A DNA stretch of 64,000 bases from an uncultured Gemmatimonadales bacterium (GTDB taxonomy: Bacteria; Gemmatimonadota; Gemmatimonadetes; Palauibacterales; Palauibacteraceae). Under the pieces are notes generated by a model. That model made no database searches. It saw nothing but the letters and a program-made list of their open reading frames with translations, and was not told where the DNA came from. Numbering within the stretch: position 1 is the stretch's first letter; each line of letters begins with the position of its first letter. The stretch covers positions 64,001-128,000 of the forward strand of contig CAWANJ010000007.1 of the NCBI GenBank assembly GCA_963783385.1. Direction: 5' to 3'. Positions 1-10,767 of this stretch are shown here, piece by piece. The translations under genes and the position numbers were made by a program.

Positions 1-416
1 ACCTCGAGCGGACAGGAGACGAAGATCTCCACGAAGTCCATGTCCCGCTCCAGGATGGTCCGCACCTGGTCGCGGTCGTCCCGGTACGGGGAGATGAAGG
101 CCGTGGCGACCAGGACGCCCGCGTCGGCGAACAGCCTGGCCACCTCGCCCACGCGGCGGATGTTCTCGGTGCGGTCCTCCGGCGAGAAGCCCAGGTCGCG
201 GTTGAGGCCGTGGCGGACGTTGTCGCCGTCCAGGATGTAGGTGCTGTAGCCGTCGCGGTACAGTCGCTCCTCCAGGCGGGACGCCAGCGTCGACTTGCCG
301 CTGCCCGAGAGGCCGGTGAACCACAGGACGGCGCCGCGGTGGCCGCGGCGGGCCTCCCGGTCCTCCCGCGAGATGCGGGTCTGCTGCCAGAAGATGTTCT
401 TCGACTTGGGGCTCAT
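1..416 (-). CDS. cysC: Adenylyl-sulfate (APS) kinase; 3' end runs off the window
   Basis: Manual translation of the minus strand from ATG 416: [12 protein letters not shown]...[15 protein letters not shown]...[32 protein letters not shown], a P-loop plus APS kinase signature. Not in the ORF track because it has no stop inside the window. Confidence 0.95.
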   Translation of the reverse strand, partial: MSPKSKNIFWQQTRISREDREARRGHRGAVLWFTGLSGSGKSTLASRLEERLYRDGYSTYILDGDNVRHGLNRDLGFSPEDRTENIRRVGEVARLFADAGVLVATAFISPYRDDRDQVRTILERDMDFVEIFVSCPLE

Positions 417-460
417 GCTCTCATGTCTCGTTGGTGGTCGTTGAATCGCGGTCGGAGCCG

Positions 461-1414
461 TCAGGCGCCCGGCGCGATATGTCTAACGGTCGGGAGCACC
501 CGGGACCAGACCTCCGGCTCCGCCGCCAGGATCCCCTCGGGCTGGACGGGAGGGCTCTTCCCGTAGCCGAGAGGCTCGCCCAGGCAGTCCGTCACCCGGC
601 CGCCCGCTCCCCGCAGCACCGCCTCCGGCGCGCACGTGTCCCACTCCTTGAGGTAGGGCACCGGGTGGACGTACAGGTCCGCCTCGCCGCCGGCGATGAG
701 GCCGCATTTGACCCCCACCGACCCGGAGGAGACCGACTCGAGAGTCCCCAGCGCCGCCTCCAGCTCGTCCAGCGCCTCGGGGCGGTGGGAGCGCGAGTGC
801 ACGAAACGGACGGGCCCGTCGCGGCGGGGCGGGACGTGGAGGGGCTCGAGGTGGAGGGGCTCGAGGCGGAGGTCGCGAGGGAGGCCGCGCTCCTCCAGGT
901 CGCCGGCGGCCTCCGGCCTCACGCGTGCCCGCCACGCGTCCCCGTCCGCGATCCCGACGTCCAGGACGCCCGGGTCGGGACGGTAGACCGCGCCGAGGAT
1001 ACAACGCCCGCCCTCCGCCAGGCCGACCATGGCCGCGAACTCACCGAGCCCGTCGATGAACTCCCGCGTCCCGTCGAGCGGATCGACCACCCACAGTCGG
1101 TCGGTCCGGGTCGACTCGGAGGGGGACTCGCTCTCCTCGCTGAGCACCGGGTCGTCCGGGCGCTCGCGAGCCAGGAGGTCCAGGATGGCGCGGTTGGAGG
1201 CGTGGTCGGCGGCGGTCACCGGGTCGTCGGGGGCCTTGAGCTCGACGCCGAGGTCGCGGGGCGCACCGCCGTAGTAAGGGAGGATGGCGGCCCCGCCGGC
1301 CAGCGCCGCCGCTGCGGCCACCGCCAGGTCCTCCAGGCGAGCGTCGGGTGCGTCCGGCCCGGCGGCCGTCCGCAGGGCGGCTCGAAGTCTCTGAAGCTCG
1401 GGAGTGGGCGTCAC
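461..1414 (-). CDS. cysQ: 3'(2'),5'-bisphosphate nucleotidase (CysQ, inositol monophosphatase family)
   Basis: Motifs [23 protein letters not shown] and KEWDTCA; directly upstream of cysC on the same strand. Confidence 0.85.
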   Translation of the reverse strand: MTPTPELQRLRAALRTAAGPDAPDARLEDLAVAAAAALAGGAAILPYYGGAPRDLGVELKAPDDPVTAADHASNRAILDLLARERPDDPVLSEESESPSESTRTDRLWVVDPLDGTREFIDGLGEFAAMVGLAEGGRCILGAVYRPDPGVLDVGIADGDAWRARVRPEAAGDLEERGLPRDLRLEPLHLEPLHVPPRRDGPVRFVHSRSHRPEALDELEAALGTLESVSSGSVGVKCGLIAGGEADLYVHPVPYLKEWDTCAPEAVLRGAGGRVTDCLGEPLGYGKSPPVQPEGILAAEPEVWSRVLPTVRHIAPGA

Positions 1415-1537
1415 GGGATGGACGAGATCCGGGTCGATGCGGCTGCGGAAGCGAGCCCGGCACGCTTGTGCCGGGTCGGGGGCGAGCCTAGTCTATCGAC
1501 CGATCGACCCGGGTTCAACGCGGACCTGTCGTGTCCC

Positions 1538-4470
1538 ATGGTCGGAGGCCATATTCCGGACCCCGTGTTCGTGAGACGCTTTCTGGAAAGGCAGGGCGGG
1601 AGCCGTCGCCGGCCCGGGCTTCCGTCGCGGCCGACGACCGGTTTCGCGGCGACCGTCACGCTGGCGTGGCTCGCCGCGGCCGCGCTCCTCCTCCCGGTCA
1701 CCCTTCGGGCGCAGCAGCCGACCGCCGACCAGCTTCGACAGCGGGCCGAGCAGCTCCTGGGACATCCGGTCTCGAACCAGGACATCCTGCGCTACATCCA
1801 GCAATCGGGGCTCACGCCCGACCAGATCCGCCAGCGGCTGGCCGCTCGCGGGATCAATCCGGACATCGCGGCGCCCTACCTGGATGTGCTGGAAGGTCGA
1901 TCGCAGACCGTCGCCCCCGGCGCGTCGTCGATCTCCGCCGCCCAGCTCTTCAGCGTGCTTCCGGGCATCACGGGCCAGACCGGGGTCGATACGACGGGGA
2001 TGATGACGGGCCGGGTGCCTTCTCCCTATCTCACGCAGCCCGGCCTGTACGGTCAGGTCCCCTACGGCGGCCAGCCGGAGACCGGTCCGCCGGTATACGG
2101 ACGAAAGCTCTTCCGGCAGGCCACCTCGCAGTTCCAGCCCGTGACGACCGGCCCCGTCCCTCCGGACTACCGCGTGGGTCCCGGGGACGAGCTGGCGCTG
2201 GTGCTCACCGGCGGCGTGGAGGCCGCCTATCAGCTCCCGGTGACGAGGGAGGGGTGGATCGTCATCCCCGACGTCGGCCGCGTGTACGTGAACGGCAAGA
2301 CCATGGCCGATCTCCGGGAGACGTTGTTCCAGCGTCTGTCGCAGTCGTACTCGGGGATCAAGAAGGGTTCCGGTGCCACGACCCACTTCGACGTGACGGT
2401 GGGCAACCTGCGCACGGACCAGGTCTACGTGATCGGCGAGGTCGAGCGGCCGGCCGCCTACACGGTGAGCAGCCTGGCCACGGTCCTCACGGCGCTCTAC
2501 TACGCCGGAGGACCCACGCGGGATGGGTCGTTCCGGGACGTCTACGTGAACCGCGGCGACAGCACGGTGGCCCACGTCGACCTGTACGACTACCTGCTCA
2601 AGGGGAAGGCGGGCCAGGACATCCGTCTCGAGCAGGGCGACATCGTCTACGTGCCGGTGGCCCGGAAGCGCGTGGACCTGGAGGGCGCGATCAAGCGTCC
2701 GGGCATCTACGAGCTCGAGGGTAAGGAGGGGCTGGCCGACGCCATCCGGTTCGCGGGCGGCCTGGCCGCCAACGCCGAGCTTCGCCGGGTCCAGATCCAG
2801 CGGGTCCTGCCGCCCGACCAGCGCACCCCCGGTCACGACCGGGCGCTGCTGGACGTGTCCGTCTCCGGCCTCCTGGCGGCCGGGGACTCCACCGTCCGGT
2901 CGGCCGGAGGACGGTCCGTGCCGCTCGTGGATGGGGACCAGATCACCGTGTTCGCCGTCCTCGACGAGACCCGGAACCAGGTGACCGTGAGCGGCGGCGT
3001 GTGGCGCCCCGGCACCTACGCGGCCGGCGACAGCACCCGCCTGTGGGATATCATCGATGCGGCCGGGGGGCTGGTGCCGGACGCCTACCAGGGCCGCGCG
3101 CAGATCCAGCGGCTCCAGCCCGATTACACGCGCCGGCTCATTCCCGTCTCCCTGGCCACCGGATCGGACGGCCATCCCCTCCAGAATCCGCGCGTGGAGG
3201 GCATGGACCAGGTCATCATCTTCGCCAAGCACACCCTGCGGGAGGACCAGGCGGTGTCGATCGGCGGCTGGGTCCAGAACCCCGGCGTGTATCCGTACGT
3301 GGAGGGGATGACGGTGGCCGACCTCGTCCTCAAGGCCGGCGGCCTGCGCACCGGCGCCTTCACGGGTCAGGCCGAGGTCGCGCGAGTAGTGATCTCGCAG
3401 ACGCGCTCGGACACGCTGACGCGGCGGTACCTGGTCCCCCTGGACAGCAGCTTCGTGTTCGACGCGTCGAACGGGTCCGCCGAGAACGAGTCGGCTGGCG
3501 CCGGCTCGCCGGGCGGGCAGGCATCCCGCTTCACGCTCCACAACCTGGATGCCGTGTACGTGCGTAAGGCGCCGGGCTTCGAGCCGCAGCAGAAGGTGGT
3601 GGTGACCGGCGAGGTCCAGTTCCCGGGTCCCTATTCGATCCGGACCCGGGAGGAGCGGCTCACCGACCTCATCAAGCGGGTGGGGGGTCTCACCGAGCAG
3701 GCCTATCCGGAAGGCTTCCAGCTGTGGCGGGCCGAGCCCGTGCAGAGCAACGACACCCTCACGGCGGCGCAGATCGCCGGGCAGGCCGTCGGCGACACGA
3801 CCCGGGGCGGTCTGTTCACCGCCGATTCCCTGTACCAGGGTGCCCTTCGGCCGGGGACGCAGCCGGGGGGAGCCGGCCAGTACGGCAGCGGGGCCAGTTC
3901 GGCATTCCGGGGTACCCGCCGACCGACACCGGCGCCGTGGGCGCCATGCGCGACTCGCTCCAGGCGCTGCAGCAGCAGCTCCAGGCGCAGCAGGCGGGCC
4001 AGCAGCCATCGCCGGCGCCCACGCCGCGCACGCGCGTCGGGATCGACTTCCAGCAGGCCCTGCGTCAGCCCAACGGGTCCGCCGACATCCTGGTCGAGCC
4101 CGGTGACTCCATCTACGTGCCGCGCTACGTGCCCACCGTGGACGTGGAGGGCGCCGTGGGCGTGCAGACCAAGGTGCTGTGGAAGGAGGGAGAGGGCGTC
4201 GACTACTACATCCGCCGGGCCGGCGGCTACGCCGAGAACGCCGACAATGGGCGCACGCGCGTGCGGTTCGCCAACGGCCAGGTGGCCGCGCGCGGAAGCA
4301 AGTTCCTCATCTTCGGCGGGGGACTTCCGGATCCCGATCCCGGCAGCACGATCACGGTGCCCAGCAAGCCGCCCAAGCAGGGCGGCGGGATCTCGGTGGG
4401 TGCGCTGTTCGGCATCCTGACCTCGATCGCCACGGCCGCGGCCACCATCATCATCGCCGCCAAGAAGTAG
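1538..4470 (+). CDS. Polysaccharide export protein with multiple SLBB domains (KpsD/Wza-like); frameshift near 3890
   Basis: Signal-like segment (TLAWLAAAALLLPVTLRA), Poly_export motif PDYRVGPGDEL, repeated SLBB motifs (GEVERPAAY, GAIKRPGIYEL, GGVWRPGTY, GWVQNPGVY, GEVQFPGPY). C-terminus continues in the 3724..4470 frame (ILVEPGDSIYVP...terminal hydrophobic helix). Start could be 1538 or 1571. Confidence 0.85.
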
Positions 4471-4510
4471 GCGGCGGGCCGCCACCGCGGCGGGCGCGTC
4501 GGCGCCCCGG

Positions 4511-5722
4511 CTACGCCCCCTGCAGCACCCGCGTCCGGATGGCCCCCTCCAGCGCCCCGAACCGCTCGGCCGCGTCGGCCGGCGGCTTCCCCTCCACGTC
4601 CGTGGCCGCGTAGCCCAGCGGCCCCCGGGTCTCCAGGTGCTGGGCGGCCACGTTGAGGCCGAGGCCGCTCACCAGCTCGTTGAGCCGGCTCAGGAAGCCG
4701 GGCGCGTTGCGGTGCATGGACAGGATGCGCGCGCGCCCCTCGCGCAGGGCCCCCGGGTCGAGCTCGGGGACGTTCACCGAGCCCCGCGTCGAGCCCTCGA
4801 GCACGTAGCGGGCGAGCTTGGCGGCCACGTCGCCGCCGATCGACTCCTGGGCCTCGACCGTGGATCCGCCAATGTGGGGGGTGATGAGGACGTTGTCGAA
4901 CGTCAGGAGCGGTGACGCGAACGCCTCGCCCTTCGAGCCCGGCTCGTCCGGGTAGACGTCGATGGCCGCGCCCGACAGGTGGCCCGAGCCCAGCGCCTCG
5001 CACAGGGCGTCGATGTCCACCAGGTCGCCGCGCGCGTGGTTGACGAGGCAGGCGCCGGGCTTCATGCGGGCGATGGCCTTCGCGTCGATCATCCCGCGGG
5101 TGAGCTCCGTGGAGGGGACGTGCAGGGTCACCACGTCCGAGAGCCCCAGGAGCTCCTCCAGCGTCCCGACCGCCCGCGCGTTGCCGTGGGAGAGCTTGGC
5201 CTCGATGTCGTAGTAGTACACGTGCATCCCGAGCCCGCTGGCCAGCACCGAGAGCTGCGACCCAATGTTGCCGTAGCCGATGATGCCCAGGTTCTTGGCC
5301 CTGGCCTCGTGGGCGCCCTGGACCGTCTTGAGCCACTGGCCGCGGCGCAGGCCGAGGCTCTTCTCCGGGATCCGGCGCAGCAGCATGACCGCCGAGGCCA
5401 GCGTCAGCTCCGCGACCGAGCGGGTGTTGGCGAAGGGCGCGTTGAACACGGGGACGCCGTGCTCGGCGGCGGCCTCCAAGTCCACCTGGTTGGTCCCGAT
5501 GCAGAAGCAGCCGATGGCCAGGAGGTCCTTCGCGGCGCCGATCGCCCCGGCGTCCAGGTGCGTGCGCGAGCGGATCCCGACCAGGTGGCGGTCGGCCATC
5601 GCCTCGGCGACGCCCGTCTTGATGGCGCCCGCGCGCCGGTCGATCTGGATGCCTTCGATGCGGCCGAGCGGGGCGTCGGCGCTGGCGTGGATGTTCTCGG
5701 TGAGCAGGGCCTTCGTGGGCAC
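4511..5722 (-). CDS. serA: D-3-phosphoglycerate dehydrogenase
   Basis: GIRSRT, GCFCIGTNQVDL, NAPFANTRSVAE, GIIGYGNIG, TPHIGGST and a C-terminal ACT domain, matching E. coli-type SerA. Confidence 0.95.
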   Translation of the reverse strand: MPTKALLTENIHASADAPLGRIEGIQIDRRAGAIKTGVAEAMADRHLVGIRSRTHLDAGAIGAAKDLLAIGCFCIGTNQVDLEAAAEHGVPVFNAPFANTRSVAELTLASAVMLLRRIPEKSLGLRRGQWLKTVQGAHEARAKNLGIIGYGNIGSQLSVLASGLGMHVYYYDIEAKLSHGNARAVGTLEELLGLSDVVTLHVPSTELTRGMIDAKAIARMKPGACLVNHARGDLVDIDALCEALGSGHLSGAAIDVYPDEPGSKGEAFASPLLTFDNVLITPHIGGSTVEAQESIGGDVAAKLARYVLEGSTRGSVNVPELDPGALREGRARILSMHRNAPGFLSRLNELVSGLGLNVAAQHLETRGPLGYAATDVEGKPPADAAERFGALEGAIRTRVLQGA

Positions 5723-5982
5723 GGCGTCTCCCGTCCTCGTGTCGGCACGCGGCGGGTCCGCCGCCGCGTCCGGGGTGAGCGTTGGTCGTCGACCCGGCCA
5801 AGGCTATGCGCCCGGCACCCGGCGGGCCACCGCGCGTGACCGCCGCCGACGTGGATCCCGGCCCGGCCGCGCCTGTATTACACGCCGACCGACGTCATTC
5901 GAGACCGCTGACAGCGATCCGACCGCGGCCCGCCGGCCGGCGGGCGACACGACACCGACGGCTCCAGATCCCGGAGGCACCC

Positions 5983-6846
5983 GTGAACAGCAGGCAGCGC
6001 TTCGCACCGATCCTGGCCGCCGTCCTGGCCATGGTCGTCACCCTTCCGGCCGCACCCGTTCGCGCCCAGTCCGCCAGCTCGGTCCTCCAGAAGGCCCTGG
6101 ACCGCTACGACCAGCAGATGAAGGGAGTGGACAACTACTCCCTGACGCTGGGCTCCTCGATGATGCCCCAGAACTACACCGTCTACTACGAGAAGAAGAT
6201 GGTGAACGGGCATCCGGTGTTCGTGACGCCGGGCCAGAGCCAGGAGAAGGCGGCCAGCGAGTGGGGGAACCCCTACGAGGTGCTGCCCAAGATCGCCTCG
6301 CGGGCCAGGGTGACCGGCCACGAGACCGTCGATGGCCACGACACGTACGTCGTGAAGGTCGACGACCTGACGGGCATCGACTTCGGGCAGGAGGCGCTGG
6401 GGCAGGCCCAGGACGCCAAGCTCGAGCCCAAGACGATGACGCTGTACCTGGACAGCAAGGAGTACCTGGTGCGCCGCATGCACCTGGAGGGCACGATCAC
6501 GCGGGACAGCGCCTCCAACCCGGTCACGATGGACGCCCACCTGCTCGACTACCGGAACATCAAGGGCCTCATGCAGCCCTTCAAGACCCAGATCACCATG
6601 GAGGGGCTGACCGGCAGTCTGTCCAAGGAGGACCGGGAGCAGGCCCGGCAGTCGCTCGCGCAGCTCGAGGATCGGCTCAAGAGCATGCCGGAGGCGCAGC
6701 GTCAGGCCATGGAGCAGATGCTGGGGCCGCAGATGAAGAAGATGCAGCAGATGCTCGACACCGGGAGCATGGACATGACCATCGAGGTCAAGGACGTCCA
6801 GGTGAACGCCGGGCCACCCAAGGGACAGGGTTCCGGCGGGAGCTGA
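5983..6846 (+). CDS. Exported hypothetical protein with Gln/Met-rich helical C-terminal insert
   Basis: GTG 5983 after GGAGG; signal peptide ending PVRA-Q; strong GC3 codon bias; no family recognised. Confidence 0.75.
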   Translation: MNSRQRFAPILAAVLAMVVTLPAAPVRAQSASSVLQKALDRYDQQMKGVDNYSLTLGSSMMPQNYTVYYEKKMVNGHPVFVTPGQSQEKAASEWGNPYEVLPKIASRARVTGHETVDGHDTYVVKVDDLTGIDFGQEALGQAQDAKLEPKTMTLYLDSKEYLVRRMHLEGTITRDSASNPVTMDAHLLDYRNIKGLMQPFKTQITMEGLTGSLSKEDREQARQSLAQLEDRLKSMPEAQRQAMEQMLGPQMKKMQQMLDTGSMDMTIEVKDVQVNAGPPKGQGSGGS

Positions 6847-6852
6847 CCTCCG

Positions 6853-7945
6853 TCAGGTCTGGACGCGGGTCATCAGCGCCAGGCCCGCGACCAGGAACAG
6901 GGCGTTGGGGAGCCAGGCCGCCAGCACCGGCGGCAGGGCCCCCCCGGCGCCCAGCGCCTGCGCGATCCGGATGAGCATCAGGAAGAAGATCGTGGTGGCC
7001 AGCGCGATCCCCATGGCCACCGGGGCGCCCCCGCGGCGCGTGGAGTGCGCCAGCGGCAGGCCGAACAGCACGATGATCAGGCAGGTGAAGGGGAAGGCGA
7101 TCTTCAGGGCACGCTCGACGATGAGCTCGCGGGCGGAGCCTCCCGAGCGCTGGATCGCCTCGATGAAGTGGCCCAGCTCGGCGTAGCCCATTCTCGTCGG
7201 GGTCCTTCGGCTCCGCCAGGAGCTCCTGGGGCGTCTCCGTGAACGAGCGCTGCCACAGCGTCTGGAACTCGAAGCTCAGCGAGATGCCGCGCTGCGGGAA
7301 CAGTCGGAGGCTCCCGCCGCGGATCGTCCACTGCCGCCCCGCCGAGTCCCAGTCGGCGCCTCGCGCCAGCACGTCGTAGGTGGGGTAGTCCCAGCCCGTC
7401 CCCTCGCGCGTGATCTCGAGCCCCGCGATCGACGCGTGCCGCGCGTCCAGCTGCCGGATCTGGTAGACCCGCCCCGCGTTCCCCCGGAACACGAACTGGT
7501 TGCGGACCGTCTCGCTGCGCGAGCGCTGCTTGCCCAGGACCTGGTCCGCCTTGCGGTTGGCCGCCGGCACCACCTCCGTGAGCGCCAGCGCCACCAGGCT
7601 GATCACCCCGCCGGCCAGGAGGAGGGGCGCGATCAGCCGGTAGAAGCTCACGCCTCCCGCCTTGGCCGCCGTCGTCTCGAAGTGGTGGGTCATGTTGGAG
7701 ATCGTGAACACCGCGGCGAGCAGGGCGGCGATCGGGAAGGCGAGGAGGGACTGGTAGGGGAACTGGTAGACGTAGTGGAGAAGCACGTCCAGCCGGCTGG
7801 CCCCCTCGTTGAGGAAGCTGGACAGGTGGTCGGTGAGGTCGATGACGATGAGGATGAAGGGCACGCCCAGCACGCACAGCCCGAAGATCCTCAGGAACTG
7901 CCCGAGGACGTAGCGGTCCAGCACCCGGATACGGAGGCGACTCAT
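6853..7945 (-). CDS. lptG: LPS export ABC transporter permease LptG; one extra base near 7192 splits the frame
   Basis: LDRYVLGQF N-terminus, FETTAAKAGGVS; C-terminal part in 6853..7191 (KIAFPFTCL...LPPVLAAWLPN). Junction reads GAG-A-ATG. Confidence 0.88.
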
Positions 7946-7985
7946 CGGAGTCCCGCCCCGCGGCACGACCGGACGCCCGAGCTCC

Positions 7986-9464
7986 TCATCCGACCCGGAC
8001 CCCGCGCCACACGAACCACAGCCCGATGGCGCCGAACAGGACGTCCGGCGACCACATGGCCACGTACGGCGAGATGATGAGCCGGTCCGCCAGCCCCTCT
8101 CCCGCCACCAGCGACACGTAGTAGGCGCAGAACACCAGCAGGCTCACCCCCACGACCATGGCCACGCCTCCCTCCTTGTAGCGTACCGCGATCGGACCGC
8201 CGATGAGCACGAACACGAGGCAGGCCGTCGGGATGGCGAACTTCTTCTGGATCTCGACCTGGTAGCGGCTGGCCCGCTGCTCTGCCCCCCGGAGCCGGAT
8301 CGCGTACGAGCCCGCCTCCGTCGCGGCCGAGACCAGGGCGTTGAGCCGCGCGGCGTTGTCGTGTCCCTTCCGACGCGCCGCGGCCAGGGTCGAGTCGCGC
8401 ACGAAAGCCGTGTCGGAGCCGCTCACCGCGGCCAGGGGGCCCGTGTCGGAGACGGAGGTCGCGGCCTTCCGGGCCGCGGCGGGCCGGGTGAGGATGGAGT
8501 CGCGCGGGACCGGGAGGCCCAGAACGCGCAGGGCGAGGCCTTCGGAGAACGCGCGGCTCTGCGCGATCACCTCCGCCTGCTCGAGGCGCGCGCTGCGGAC
8601 TTGCTGCTCCATGCGGCCGACCGGCATCTCGCGGTCGCCGCGGTAGCCGTTCTCCTGCTCCTTTTCGAGCTGGTTGGTCACCCCGGGCACGCGCATGACC
8701 AGCTCGCGGAAGTCCATGCGTTCGAACTCGCGGGGCTTGTTCTCGCTGTGCTGGTACATGATCCCGTTGTACAGCGTCAGGAACAGGTCCGTCTGCGCCT
8801 CATTGTAGGCCATGTCGCCGCTGTCGGCGTAGATGGTCCGGGCCCGGTCGCGCGTGCGGCGGTCGTAGATGGCCACGTCCTGGAGCGCGCTGCGCGCGCG
8901 GTCGATGCGGGCGGCCCGCAGGTAGAGCTCGTTCGACAGCACCTCGTTGATCGTGCGCTCGCGGAGCACGAAGGTGGGCTTCTTGCGCCCGATGCTGGAC
9001 AGGAGGAGCGCCAGCCTGTGGTTGGAGGAGGGGAGCAGCGTGTTGTTGAACACGACCAGCCCCCCGCCGACCAACATGCCGGCGAGGGCCAGCGGAGCCA
9101 GAAGGCGCGGCAGGTGGATCCCGCTCGCCTTGAGGGCGGTGATCTCGTTGTCGGCCGCCAGCTGGTTGAAGGTGTACAGGACGGCTATCAACACCGCCAT
9201 TGGCACGGTGACGGCGAGGATGAAAGGAAAGGAGAGAACGAAGACGCGCGCGATGATGGTCCAGTCCAACCCCTTGCCCAGCAGTTTGTTGAAACGCTGG
9301 CCAATCTCGTTGAGGAGGAGGAGCAGCGTGAGCGCGGACAGCGCGAACAGGAAGGGCGCGGCATGCAGCCGGAGCAGGTAGCGCGTGAGGATGCCGCCCG
9401 GACGAGCCGAGCGGGGCTCGCTCTCGGGCAGGCGGGCTCGTGCGCGTCGCGGGGACCCTGGCAT
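7986..9464 (-). CDS. lptF: LPS export ABC transporter permease LptF
   Basis: ILTRYLLR, PMAVLIAVL, DNEITALKASGI, KKFAIPTACLVF; tandem with lptG. Confidence 0.88.
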   Translation of the reverse strand: MPGSPRRARARLPESEPRSARPGGILTRYLLRLHAAPFLFALSALTLLLLLNEIGQRFNKLLGKGLDWTIIARVFVLSFPFILAVTVPMAVLIAVLYTFNQLAADNEITALKASGIHLPRLLAPLALAGMLVGGGLVVFNNTLLPSSNHRLALLLSSIGRKKPTFVLRERTINEVLSNELYLRAARIDRARSALQDVAIYDRRTRDRARTIYADSGDMAYNEAQTDLFLTLYNGIMYQHSENKPREFERMDFRELVMRVPGVTNQLEKEQENGYRGDREMPVGRMEQQVRSARLEQAEVIAQSRAFSEGLALRVLGLPVPRDSILTRPAAARKAATSVSDTGPLAAVSGSDTAFVRDSTLAAARRKGHDNAARLNALVSAATEAGSYAIRLRGAEQRASRYQVEIQKKFAIPTACLVFVLIGGPIAVRYKEGGVAMVVGVSLLVFCAYYVSLVAGEGLADRLIISPYVAMWSPDVLFGAIGLWFVWRGVRVG

Positions 9465-9602
9465 GCGTCGGACTCGTGACCCCTGGCTGGTGGATCCTGT
9501 GGCGTGGGGCTCGGCTTCGCGGCCTCCACGCTGGAAGCTACGCCCTCCCTGGGCCCATGGACACCGCCGCGCGGGCCGGCCGAAGGGCCGGCGCCGGGGA
9601 GC

Positions 9603-9713
9603 GGAGGGGTCCTCCCGGACGCGATGTCAAAGAATGTCCATCCTTGCTATTCCCTGACATATCCTGACAATCTTCGGCATGCGCTCTCCGAGACACCCCG
9701 GGCCCTCCTCCTC
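9603..9713 (+). repeat. Dispersed phased-heptad element, copy A
   Basis: GGAGG-ggt-CCTCC hairpin (9603-9615), then 10-bp units from 9624: ATGTCAAAGA ATGTCCATCC TTGCTATTCC CTGACATATC CTGACAATCT TCGGCATGCG, then tail CTCTCCGAGACACCCCGG. Aligns by eye with copies B and C. Confidence 0.8.
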
Positions 9714-10767
9714 GAACCCGCCGATCTTCGAGCGGCCGCCGCGGCGCGTGGCCGTGGTCCTGCTCTCGGCGATCGGAGACGTGGTGCACGGCATGCCGGT
9801 CGTCACATCGCTGGCGGAGGCGTGGCCGGAGGCCCGCATCGAGTGGATCATCCAGCCCGGTCCGCGGGCCCTGGTCCAGCCCCACCCCGACGTCGCCGAG
9901 TTCGTACCCTTCACCCGGCTCAAGGGCCCGGCCGCCCTCGCCGAGCTGGCCGACTTCCGCAGGCGCGTGGCCGGCCGCCGCTACGACCTGGTGCTGGCCC
10001 TGCAGGTGTACTTCAAGGCCGGGATGCTCACCGGGCTCCTGGACGCGTCCGTGAAGCTGGGCTTCGACCGGGAGCGCGCCGCCGACCTCAATGGCCTGTT
10101 CGTCACCCACCGCATCCCGGCACGGCCCGTGCGCCACGTCCAGGACCAGTACTTCGAGTTCCTCGAGTACCTGGGCGTGCCCGTGGTGCGCGAGTGGCGC
10201 TTCGCATTCAGCGAGGCGGAGCGGGAGGCGCAGCGCGCCTTCTTCGAGGCGCTCGACCGGCCGGCGCTCGCGGTCGTACTACGCACGACGCGTAGCGACA
10301 AGGACTGGATCCCCGAGCGCTATGCCAGGGTACTCGAGGCAGCCGAATCGGAGCTGGGTCTCCGTCCGGTCCTCGTGGGCAGCGGGGCGGCCGCCGAGCA
10401 GGCGGCCGCGGCCGAGGTCGAGCGCCTCACCTCGGCCCGGACCGTGAACGCCCTCCGGGACGACCTCCGGCGCCTGGCCTGGATCCTGGAGGGGAGCACG
10501 CTCGTGCTGAGCCCCGACACGGGGCCGCTGCACATCGCCTCGGCGCTGGGCACCCCGGTCGTGGGCCTGTATGGCGCCACCGACTCGCGGCGCGCCGGAC
10601 CCTACCGGGAACCGTTCCGGGAGCTGGTCGTGGACCGCTTTCCGCGCCGTCCCGACGAGCCGCCGGTGGCCGGGTTCCGGTCGGGCGGGATGAAGCGCAT
10701 CACGGTGGACGAGGTCGTCGAGAAGCTCCGGCTCGCCGCCGCGCGCCACCTTGGGGGTGGATCATGA
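9679..10767 (+). CDS. Glycosyltransferase family 9 (LPS heptosyltransferase-like)
   Basis: LSAIGDVVH, YDLVLALQ and SPDTGPLHIASALGTPVVGLYG are GT9 signatures. Confidence 0.92.
   Translation: MRSPRHPGPSSSNPPIFERPPRRVAVVLLSAIGDVVHGMPVVTSLAEAWPEARIEWIIQPGPRALVQPHPDVAEFVPFTRLKGPAALAELADFRRRVAGRRYDLVLALQVYFKAGMLTGLLDASVKLGFDRERAADLNGLFVTHRIPARPVRHVQDQYFEFLEYLGVPVVREWRFAFSEAEREAQRAFFEALDRPALAVVLRTTRSDKDWIPERYARVLEAAESELGLRPVLVGSGAAAEQAAAAEVERLTSARTVNALRDDLRRLAWILEGSTLVLSPDTGPLHIASALGTPVVGLYGATDSRRAGPYREPFRELVVDRFPRRPDEPPVAGFRSGGMKRITVDEVVEKLRLAAARHLGGGS

Noticed and set aside
9624-9683. Pho box or canonical parS
   Set aside because: Pho boxes have an 11-bp period and sit at promoters; no TGTTTCACGTGAAACA-like palindrome is present.
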